Under the pieces are notes generated by a model. The model saw nothing but the letters and a program-made list of their open reading frames with translations. It was not told where the DNA came from and made no database searches. Shown in pieces: positions 30,950 through 42,465 of a stretch of 64,000 bases of DNA; position 1 is the stretch's first letter; every line of letters begins with the position of its first letter. The position numbers and the translations under genes are program-made. This DNA comes from the human T2T-CHM13v2.0 reference genome, Homo sapiens: NCBI RefSeq assembly GCF_009914755.1, contig NC_060947.1, one strand, 5' to 3'.

Positions 30950-32262
30950 TGTGTCCAGAATTGGTGGGTTCTTGGTCTCACTGACTTCAAGAATGAAGCC
31001 TCGGACCCTCACAGTGAGTGTTACAGTTCTTAAAGATGGTGTGTCCAGAGTTTGTTCCTTCTGATATTCAGATATGTCTGGAGTTTCTTCCTTCTGGTGG
31101 GTTCGTGGTTTCGCTGACTTCAGGAGTGAAGCTGCAGTTCTTCGCGGTGAGTGTTACAGCTCTTAAAGGCGGCACTTCTGGAGTTCTTTGTTCCTTCTGG
31201 TAGGTTTGTGGTCTCGCTGGCCTCAGGAGTGAAGCTGCAGACCTTTGCGGTGAGTGTAACAGTTGATAAAGGTGGCGAGTCTGGAGTTGTTCGTTCCTCC
31301 CGGTGGGTTCGTGGTCTCGCTGGCTTCAGGAGTGAAGCTGCAGACCTTCCCGGTGAGTGTTATAGCTCATAAAGGTGGCGCTGACCCAAAGAGTGAGCAG
31401 CAGCAAGATTTTTGCAAAGAGCGAAAGAACAAAGCTTCCACGGTGTGGAAGGGGACCCAAGTGGGTTGCCGCTGCTGACTTGGGTGGCCTGCTTTTATTA
31501 CCTTATCTGGCCCCACCCACATCCTGCTGATTGGTCCATTTTACAGAGAGCTGTTTGGTCTGTTTTACAGAGAGCTGATTGGTCCATTTTGACAGAGTGC
31601 TGATTGGTGTGTTTACAAACCTTTAGCTAGACACAGAGTGCTGATTGGTGCGTTTACAATCCTTTAGCTAGACACAAAAGTTCTCCAAGTCCCCACCTGA
31701 TTAGCTAGACACAGAGCGCTGATTGCTGCATTTGCAAACCTTTAGCTAGACACAGAATGCTGATTGGTGCATTTACAGTCCTTTAATTAGACAGAAAAGT
31801 TCTCCAAGTCCCCACCCGTCCCAGAAGCCCAGCCGGCTTCACCTCTCACTGGCACTTGCCGTGGGACTTCGCAGCACCTAGCCCAGGCACTCTGGCAGCC
31901 CAGAGGGAGCTAGTCCCAGACAACCAAGAGGAAACGAGGGGAAGCAAGAAAGACGGAGACCTGTCATCGTGGCCAACAACCCCACGAAGAGGGAACAGCG
32001 GTCCATGCATGGGACCCTGCCTCCAATCAAACCCAGCAGGTGCCAGCCAGCTGCGCGGAGTGCGGGGGCCCGCCGAGCCCGCGCCCATCCGGAACCCGCA
32101 CCAGCTGGCAGAAGGAGCTGGCTCTGGCCTCACCAGCCCCATAGAGGGGCCCTCATAGCGCAGCGGCAGGCTGAAGGGCTCCTCGAGCACAGCCAGAGTG
32201 GACGCCGAGGCCAAGGAGGCACCAAGAGCGAGCAAGGGCTGCTAGCACGTTGTCACCTCTCA
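30950..32262 (-). mobile_element. LTR12-family (ERV9) solo LTR, LTR12D/E-like, 1313 bp
   Basis: Minus strand starts TGAGAGGTGACAACGTGCTAGCAGCCC and ends ...GGACACA. Exact 4 bp TSD atgc at 30946-30949 and 32263-32266. U3 CCAAT repeats and U5 tandem repeats are present. Confidence 0.96.
31489..31800 (-). promoter_or_regulatory. LTR12 U3 promoter/enhancer: tandem CCAATCAGC (NF-Y) repeats upstream of the TATA-like AATAAAAGCAGG
   Basis: Repeated gctgattgg on + (e.g. ~31526, 31574, 31599, 31640, 31759) and cctgcttttatt at ~31488-31499. Activity is not shown by sequence. Confidence 0.7.
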
Positions 32263-35200
32263 ATGCCACTCTCTCCTGGCCTATAAGGTTTTCACAGAAA
32301 AGTCTGCTGCCAGATGTATTGGAGTTCCATTGTATGTTATTTGGTTCTTTCCTCTTAGTGCTTTTGGGATCCTTGAGGTAGTGTTTTTTTGGGTTAAATC
32401 TTCTTGGTGTTCTCTAGCCCTCTTGTACTTGGTTATTAATATCTTTCTCTAGGTTTGAGAAGTTCTGTGTTATTATACCTTTGAATAAATTTCTACCCCT
32501 ATTTCTTTCTCTACCTGCTCTTCAAAGCCAATAACTCTTAGATTTGTCCTTTTGAGGCTATTTTCTAGATCCTGTAGCCATGTTTCTTTGTTTTCTTTTA
32601 TTCCTTTTTCCTTTTTCTCCTCTCACGGTGTAATTTCAAATAGCCTGTCTTCAAGCTGACTAATTTTTTCTTCTGGTTGATCAGTTCTGCTATTAAAATA
32701 GTCTGATGCATTTTTCAGCATGCCAATTGCATTTTTCTCCTCCAGAATTTATTTGATTCTTTTTTTATTATTTCATTCCCTGTTAAATTTGTCTAATTGA
32801 ATTCTGAATTCCTTCTCTGTGTTATATTGAATTTGAGTTTCCTCAAAACAGCTATTTTGAATTCTCTGTCTGAAAGGTTACATATTTCTGTTTCTCCAGG
32901 ATGATCCCTGATACTTATTTAATTCACTGGGTGAGATCATGTTTTCCTGAATGATCTTGATACCTATGGATATTCATCTGTGTCTGGCCATTGCTTAGTT
33001 ATTTATTGTAGTTTTGTCAGGCTGGACTTTTTTGTACCCATCCTTGGGAAGGCTTTCCAGGTATTTGAAAGGATCTGGGTGTTGTGATTTAAGCTTGTAT
33101 TAGGGGAATCCAAGCTGAGTAACACTGGTACTTGCATACTTGTAGAGGTACTGCCTTGATGATCTTGTGTAATATCCAGGAGAATTCTCTGGATTACCAG
33201 GCAGAGACTCTCGTTCTCTTCCCTTACTTTCTCCCAATCAAAAAAAGTCTGTGTCTCTGTTCTGAGCTGCCAGGAGCTGGTGGTGGGGTGACACAGGCAC
33301 TGTGTCCTGTGGCCTGTGGCCACCAGCACTGAGACTGTACTGGGTCAGTCCTGAAGCCAGCACAGCACTTGGTCTTGCCTACAGTCTGCTATAACCACTA
33401 CCTGGCTACTGCCTGTGTTTATTTTTTCAAAGCCCTGGGGCTCTACAATTAGCAGGTGGTGAAGCCAGCCAGTTTTGTGTCCCTCCCTTTAGGGTAGCAA
33501 GTTCCCCCAGGTCCTGGGCAGGTCCAGAGGTGCTGTCTGGGAGCCAGGAACTGGAGTCAAAAACCTTAGAAGTCTACCTGGTGTTCTGTTGTACTGTGGG
33601 TGAGCTGGCACTCAAACCACAAAACGCAGTCCTTCCCACTCTTTCCTCCCCTTTCCAAAGGCAGAGGAGCCTCATTCCATGGCTACTACCACCACAAGCC
33701 CATGGGGAGTGCTGCCAGGCTACTACTGATGTTCCTTTCAGGCCCAGGGGCTCTTCAGGCAGCTTGCAGTAAATGCTGCCTGGCCTGGGACTCACTCTTC
33801 AGGGTAGTGGGCTCCCTTGTGGCCCAGTGCACATCCAGAAATTCTGTCTAAGAACCAATGCCTGTAATTGGGGACCTCAAGAGGGCATTTGGTACCCTAC
33901 CCCACTGCTGCCCAGCTGGTACCTAAGGTACAAGAAAAAGTCTACTTTATTTTTCTCTCTCAGGAGGAATCTCTCCCCATGGCCACCAGGGCCGGGAATG
34001 TGCTGAGTCTCACCTGAAACCAGCGAATCTCAGTCTCACCCAAGGCCCATAGCATGTTACTTAGGTATTGCTGCTGGTTATTCAGGGCCCAAGGGCTCTT
34101 TAGTCAGCAGATGATGTGTCCTGGCAGGACTGGGTCCTTCACTTCAAGGAGGCAGGTTCCCTTCTGGCCCAGGATATGTCTAGAAATGTCAGGCAGGAGC
34201 TAGGGCCTGGAAAGTGGGACTCATGACTCTCACTGGTACCCTATCCTGCTGTGGCCAAGCTGGTATCTGAGATGTAAAACAAAGTCCTCTTTTCTCTTCT
34301 CTCCTCTAGCAGAAGGAAAGAGTCTCTTGGAGCTGCAAGCTGTGCAGCCTGGGGTTGGGGTAGGGGTGGTGCAAGCACTCCCTTAGCTGCCTCCACTGGT
34401 GTCTCAGCAGTTCATGTGTCCGCTGTCTCTGAGCCCATCTCAGTACTAGAACTCACCTAGGAGTTGCAGTCTTTGTGGCCTAGACTGCCTTTCAAGTTTA
34501 CCTAGAACCCCAGAGCACTTTATCCTGCAGTAGTGAGGCCTGCAGAGAAACTTAAGTTCCAGCCACTGGGATGGGTGATTCCCCTTTGGCTAGGGCTGGT
34601 CCAAATGCTCCATCTATGAATGGGTGTCAGCTAAATACAGCCCAGTTCTGCTTTCTGCTGTGACAGGGCAGCACTGAGTTCAATGCAAAGTCTCAGAATT
34701 GCTGTGTTCTTCCATCCCAAATGCACAGATTCTCTGCATTACTCAGTCACTGCCATGGGGCTGGGGGAGGGGTGGCACTGGCAATTCAAGACTTTTTTTC
34801 CTGCCTTTTCCAGTGCTTCTTTCAGGAATATGAAGTTGAAACCAGGTACTCTGATTGCTCACCTGATTTTTGTTTCTTACGAGGGTGACTTATTTGTGTA
34901 GATAGTTGTTAAATATGATGTTCCTACAGGGGGATTGAGGGACAATTGGCACAACCTTCTGTTCTGCCGTCTTGCTCCACCCTCCCACCCCCACAGTGCA
35001 TTATGTTTTGTTATGAAAATTATTTCTTTATGCTGTACCATTTACAAATAAATAGGGAGTTTCATGTAATTCGCAACTATTATATCCTTTGTCAGTAACA
35101 TAGGACTTCTAAGGAGTAACATAGGACTTTTTATTAATGCATATAATGTTAATAAAAGTTAATGTTAATAAATAAAACGTTAATAAAAGGATAAAGTGAT

Positions 35201-35414
35201 GAGTGGAGTGCTAGAGAGAATGCATTGCTACTATCTATTGAAAGAATGGAGTCATTGACACCAGTAAATTCTTCCAGTTAATGTAAAATTGTAATGAAAT
35301 CATACACATAAGGAAATATTACTGACAAAATAATAACTATAATGAATATGGTAGAAATAAAATGATCTATTTCATTATCAAATGACTGCATTAAATTGTT
35401 AAGACACAAATTAA

Positions 35415-35872
<458 letters not shown>

Positions 35873-37659
35873 TTAAAAAAAATTCTGGTGTATTAAAATT
35901 CAACATGAAGAAAAGTTTTGGAAGCAGATAGTTAATAATTAATTTGTGGAATTAATGATAAAGATGACTCTATCATTGAAACCTTATTTAATGTATCATT
36001 CGATGTCTTCATATCCTATTTACTTTGACAAAATTTCTCATCACTTCACAACCAGGACAATTGGCATGGGTTTTATTTGGTCCTACATCATTAAGGAAAT
36101 GAATTGACCATTGATTTGTATTTCTCAGGTGACAAGGTAAGCAGTACAAGGACTATAAGTATAAAAATCACAAATATAATTTCTCAGGCTATAGACATTA
36201 TGGGTCTTTTATGTGTATTTGAAAGTCAAAAGTTACATGAAAGAAAAACAATTAGAACATAGTAGTATATGCAGTAATTTAGCATCCCCCTAGGTAGAAT
36301 ATGGAATTCCTTAAAAATGTATTCTGTAGTCACTGTTACATTTTACTAAAACTGTTTTCACTAAGATGCTTAAAAACTCACAAAAATTTGGTAAAGAAGA
36401 TATGGATACCAAATATACACTAAAGACCATGAACTTATTCTGTGGTTTCTGATCCTATGATTGCATTACACTCTGTGACGTGTATTTCCAAAGACAGCAT
36501 CACATTCCCATGGCCTGACTCACTCCCTTGCTCTCAGGATTTTTACTTTGTCTATGCTTACATTAAAAATGATGTCACTATATTTTAAGAAAGCACATTG
36601 CTGACTTGGGAAATGACTTTTATAGTTTCTGATGTTGCTGTGTTTGAACATCTCTCATAGTTTGTTTTACATTCTGCCATGTGGTTTAGTCATTTGTAAT
36701 TTTCTTATCATCATTACTAAATTGGAAATTCATTTAAGAAAGATACTGTAAATCATTTTTATCACATGTGAAAAATGGTACAGTGTTTTTTCTGTAATAG
36801 ATGCTCAAGTAGGATTTTCTCGACTTTTATTGCTCTTGGGGATATTTCCTTGTTGGTTCTTTTTTTGTTATTGTTAGAATTCTAATCATCAATACATTTG
36901 CCATGGGATGGTGCAAAAACCTCAGGCATTTATTAATACTTGTGGAAAAGACTATTTCACAGTTTTACTTGTGTTTTATTAACGTCCTCTTCTTTCCCTG
37001 CTTTATTCTGAGATGTTTAGGAGTAAAATAAGCAAAAGCTGAAAACAATGAGTTTTGCATATATTTATAATATGCACAACTTAAATAATTTTTATATCCA
37101 CAAGTTGAATAATTAAGAATAAAACAGAATGTACTGATTTCATTCATTTATTCAGTGTAGACCTTAGGTTAGAATCTAGTGGGAAAGGCAGATAATCTAA
37201 TAAGAAAATAAGTCAATATCAATTATTTATTTGAAAATTGAGAAATTTTCTATGAAGGTTATAGATAGAAATACACAATACATACTAAGTTGGGAAAAGA
37301 CTGTTGCTTAGCATGACCGGAAAAAGCCTGACTTAGTAGATGTTCAAATCAAGACTGGAAGCATGAAAGAAGTCTTTCACTGGCCATGTGAAAGACTGAG
37401 CAGGCAGAAATGTATAGGCAAAAGGACGAGCATGTGCAATGTCTCTAGAAAAGAACTTGTTATTAAACTGAAAGGATATCAGTTATTCTTCTTCAAGTTA
37501 ATTTACATGTATTCAGTATCTTGATGAAAATTCTTCTTGGTGCAAAATGAAGATGATTTACAATTTATCGACTATGATGTGCCAGGCTATTTTCCAGATG
37601 GTTTACACTTTCAAATGAACATGTCATAAACACCTTGTATTCTGGAGGCTTATTATGAA

Positions 37660-38522
37660 ATTCACCACCTCCTCATTTCTACCTGCTTCTTTTGAAATTT
37701 CTTATCTTGTTAATTAACAATATCATCCATTCAGTTGTCCAAGTTCCAAACCTAAACCTAGCTCTAGCTCTCCCTATCTCCCATACTCCATGTGTACACA
37801 TATTTATTCATTCTACTCCATGACTAATATCTTGATCTATGAACTTTGTCTCCAGCCCTTCTGCCACTCATTATATCTTACCCATACCATTGAATATCCT
37901 CTTCACTGTTCTCTCTTCCTTAATTTTTACCCATCTCCAATCCATCTTCCAAAAATCTTTTGATAATCATCTTTCTTGGATAAAATATTTTTTGTAAGAA
38001 GTTAATCTCTTCTTGAGATTTTCACAAAATATCTCATCACCTGTAGAATAAAATAGCAGATTCTTTGGCATGATATACTAGTGTCTTCATTCTTGGCCCT
38101 CACTTCCCTGACCAATGCAATTTTCTATAACTGTTCTTTAATATCCTCTATTAATCTCTTGCCCAAGACTAATCTTATATCTTTATGTCATTTATATCAT
38201 TCTTCCTTCTGTCTAGAATGCCATCCCTAAGATAGTATCTCTAATAATTTATTTGAACCCTCAAAGCCTCAGCCCAGGGCTATCTTCCTTGTGGAGAGTT
38301 CCTTTATTCTTCTAAGCATCCCTGGACTTCCTTCCCCTTTCCACCCACCACACACTGTAATTACAGTGATTACCATATTCTATTATAGTGGTTTATAAGT
38401 CTGTATCCCTGTCACCTCTTAGTCCCCTTAAATGCAGAATCTGCCTTTTTCATTTTCATATTCTCAGCCCTTGTGTTATACTTGAGATACAGTAAATGAT
38501 CTATGAATATTTGCTGAATAAC
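37660..38522 (+). mobile_element. L2 3' region, decayed
   Basis: Pyrimidine-rich L2 text (ccatctccaatccatc, cacctgtagaataaaatagcagattctttggcatg) ending gtaaatgatctatgaatatttgctgaata. Confidence 0.65.
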
Positions 38523-40429
38523 AGTCTAAACTGACTGAATACCACTCAGCTTTCTCAGAAACTTCTTTCTATTGTGCTAATGATAACTTGCGGCTTAGAG
38601 GAGTTAAATCATTAGTAAGTAGTAGAGCTAGCATTTGACAGTAGGATTGTCTAATTGCAAAGTAATTGCCTCCTCCCTATAGAACTGCTCCTCTATTGGT
38701 TGACTACACTTGTACTTAACAATACCTGTCCTTGAGGACATTATTGAGCTTAGTTTCATGAGTTTGTAAACTTTGCCAGGCCAAATCTGTAACAGGACGG
38801 AAACAAATGAAATCAGTAGGCTAGTTCTTCCTTATGTCTTTAGTCTTTTCTGTATCTCAGTCTTGTTAACTCTGCTGGATTTTAGGAATCTGTCCTAAAC
38901 CTTTGGGGTACTCAGTGTGGAGAAAAAAATATGCTGTCAAATGGCCATATACCCTACACTTGCACTTATTTATGAACAAAAAGAGTTATGGTGAGGTGGA
39001 TGAAGATGACAGAAACTTTATGTAAATCATTATTAAATATTACAGTGATGTTTACACAAAGAAATTTACAATATAGTGCTTTCTACTTTTCTAGAGTATT
39101 GAGTAACAGCCTCAGCAGAAATATAATCACTTTGTGAAATGCAATTTGAGGAGTTTCTTAATATGGATAATAACGAATGTCTCTCATTGGAAGTGATACT
39201 GAGGTCTTTTATTGGTTTTCAGCCAGTGTCATTAAAGAATATGCCCAGTCTTTTCAAATATCAACCAACTAAGAAAATAGTTTCCTTGCTGACAGGCAGA
39301 AATTAACTGACCATGACATAAAATAACTGTTTCTTTGAATAAAATAACAAAATTCAAAAGTTATCTTTTCTCTGCAAATTGAGAGCCTATCAATGAGACA
39401 TTTATAATATTGCAAGCAGAAGGACCATTGAAAGAATTTATATCACTATTGGCTAAAGAAAAGGACAACTGTCTAAACCTCTCTAGTTATGATGCTACAT
39501 GGGAGATATTAATATTCAGTGATTCCCAGTCCTTCTCGAAACTCCCAAAGTTAATTGTCCATATGTATGGACAACACAACTTTCTTGTTGATATGCTGCC
39601 ACTGTATCTGCTTTTAATCCCAATACTGTAGAGCATCCCTCAGACTAGAGTTTTAAAGTTGTTGGAAATACAAGAAGCAAAGCAAATTGACTGGTGTTAA
39701 GTACAAAAGAGGAAAGAATAGTTGAAGTAAAAAGTTCTGGTTGTGCTAGAATGTGAATGTGATGGTAACACACAAGGGTGCAGGTACAGAGTAAATTGTA
39801 GAAGGCTTGATGGGAAATTGAAATAATTAATTATTATTTTGCTAAAACCTCTCAGCTGGTAGAGCTTTCTGACAGTCCTAAATTATTTCCCAAATTCAGG
39901 TCTGTAACTGTTATTTTGTGACCTGTATAAGAAGAATACTCCTTACTTTTCTGTAACACAACACCTACAAATTTAATAGGTAGAATCTATTTTGGAAATG
40001 TACTGTCCAGATAACATTTACTCCAAGAATATTGTTTTTAGACTTTAATAAAAGTTTCTACACATATGATCAAATTATAGCTGATCTAGACATTAATAAA
40101 CCTACACTGTATATGATTCAATAAATAACAGAAGAACTAGCTATGGTCTTACACTTCTTATAGAAAGACTGTAAAGACAGCTGGCTTTATTCCTAGCAAG
40201 TCCATAAGCAGTATCAACTGAGGGATACGTAAATCTCTATTTCACTAGTTTAAACAGAATTCCTACATAATATTTCACTAGCCTTAGGATTTGAGACATT
40301 GGTTATTCATTTAATTCAACAAATATTTATTGAGCAACTACATTGGTTAATTATTTGGAAAGTATATCCTCTTAACGTTCTCTGAATCATTACTATTAGC
40401 TAAAATGGTGGCTTTCAATATTAAGTACA

Positions 40430-40963
<534 letters not shown>

Positions 40964-41980
40964 TGTGATGGCTGATTTTACGTGTCAGCTTGAGTAAATT
41001 AAGGAATACCTAGAGAACTGGTAAAGCATTATTTCTGGGTATGTCTGTTAGGGTCTTTTCAGAGGACATTGGTGTGTGAGTCTAGATGGGCTAAGTGGGG
41101 GAAGAGCCACCCTCAACGTGTGTAGATACCATCCAGTCAGCTGGAAGCCTGGAAAGGACAAAAACAGAAGAAAGTCTGATTGGTCTCTCTCTCTCCCTCT
41201 CTCCTTCTCTCTCCCTCTCTCTCCCTCTCCCTCCCTCTCCCTCCCTCTCCCTCCCTCTCCCTCCCTCTCCCTCTCCCTCCCTCTTCCTCCCTCTTCCTCC
41301 CTCTCCCTCTCTCCCCCTCTCTCCCCCTCTCTCCCTCTCTCTCTCTCTCCCTCCCTCTCTCCCTCTCTCTCCCTCTCTCTCCCTCTCTCTCTCCCTCTCT
41401 CCCTCTCTCCCTCTCTCCCTCCCTCCCTCTCTCCCTCTCTCTTTCCCTCTCTCCCTCTATCCGTATATCCCTCTCTCTCCCTCTCTCCCTCTATCCCTCT
41501 CTCTCCCTCTCTCCTTCTCTCCTTCTCTCTCCCTCTCTCTCCCTCTCTCCTTCTATCCTTCTCTCTCCCTCTCCCTCTATCCCTCTCTCTCCCTCTCTCC
41601 TTCTCTCCTTCTCTCTCCCTCTCCCCCTCTCCCTCCCTCTCCTTCCCCTTCCCTCTCCCCTTCCCCCTCTCTCTCCCCTGGGGCTGAGATACACTCTTCT
41701 CCTGCCTTGGACAGGATCTCTAGGCTCTTCAGTCTTTGGATTCCAACACTTAACACCAGCAGTCCCCCAGGTTCTGAGGCCTTCAGACTTGGACTGAGCC
41801 ATGCTACTGATATTACTGATATCCTAGTGTCTGCAGCATGCAGATGGTCTGGGACTTCCCGGACTCCATAATTCTGTGAGCCAGTTTCCCCGATAAATCT
41901 CCTCTCATCTACCTATTTCTCTTTCTCTTTCTTACTCTCTTTCCTCTATTCATTATATTTCTTTGGAGAACGCTAATACA
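40964..41980 (+). mobile_element. MLT2 (ERVL) 3' LTR with an internal simple-repeat expansion
   Basis: Starts tgtgatggctgattttacgtgtcagcttgag, contains ctggtaaagcattatttctgggt and ends ggagaacgctaataca. Confidence 0.88.
41184..41679. repeat. ~500 bp CT-rich simple repeat ((CCCTCT)n/(CT)n variants)
   Basis: Almost purely C/T, with only a few purines (in ctatcc-type interruptions). Confidence 0.97.
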
Positions 41981-42115
41981 GGGAGCTTTTTAAAAATCCC
42001 AGTTCCCAAGCTATATCAGCCAAATGTAATAATTCCTTGAGATAGAACTAACTGAGGCATCAGTATTTTCCTGAGCTCCTTGGGTTATTTCAATGTGCAT
42101 CCAAAAGTTAAAAAA
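41981..42115 (+). mobile_element. MER5A-like hAT fragment
   Basis: gggagctttttaaaaatccc...gcatcagtatttt...agctccttgggttatttcaatgtgcatccaaaagtt. Confidence 0.55.
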
Positions 42116-42121
42116 ATATTT

Positions 42122-42122
42122 C

Positions 42123-42153
<31 letters not shown>

Positions 42154-42230
42154 TATTTTCACACACACACATATAAGTAAGTAAGTAGGTAGGTAGGTAG
42201 GTAGAGAAAGGGTGAGAGACAGAGAGAGAG
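42122..42230. repeat. Compound microsatellite (TA)n(CA)n...(TAAG)n(TAGG)n(GA)n
   Basis: Directly visible; sits in the tail position of the adjacent minus-strand Alu. Confidence 0.9.
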
Positions 42231-42465
42231 TCTGGCTCTGTCACCCAGGCTGGAACTCTTGGGCTCAAGTGATCCTTCTGCCTCAGCCTCCCGAGTAGCT
42301 AGGACTACAGGTGTGCACCACCATACCCAAATAATTTTTTAATTTTGTAGAGATGGGGTTTCACACTGTTGCCCAGGTTTGTCTTGAACTTTTGGCCTCA
42401 AGCAATTCTCCTGCCTCGGCTTCCCAAAGTGCTGAGATTATAGGAATAGGGCACTGCATCTGGCC
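42225..42465 (-). mobile_element. AluJ with an internal deletion in the right arm
   Basis: tctggctctgtcacccaggctgga joins directly to actcttgggctcaagtgatcc. Confidence 0.88.

Larger units (their letters stand above)
24994..34992 (-). mobile_element. Near full-length old primate L1 (L1MA-like) with 5' UTR, hosting nested insertions
   Basis: L1MA 3' end at 24994. ORF2 antisense runs to ~30300. ORF1 C-terminal peptide in ORF 30732-30947 (FYPRIVYPVKISFKHEGEI..FPDKQKLRDF). GC-richer 5' UTR ~33000-34990 ends gccgtcttgctccaccctccc. Confidence 0.88.

Noticed and set aside
30960-31800. Regularly spaced repeats that could suggest a CRISPR-like array
   Set aside because: They are the U5 and U3 tandem repeats of LTR12, with no unique spacers and no cas genes, in a eukaryotic context.
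41076-41871. 200-258 aa Ser/Leu/Pro-rich ORFs in three frames
   Set aside because: A CT-only tract cannot contain stop codons, so these are low-complexity artefacts.
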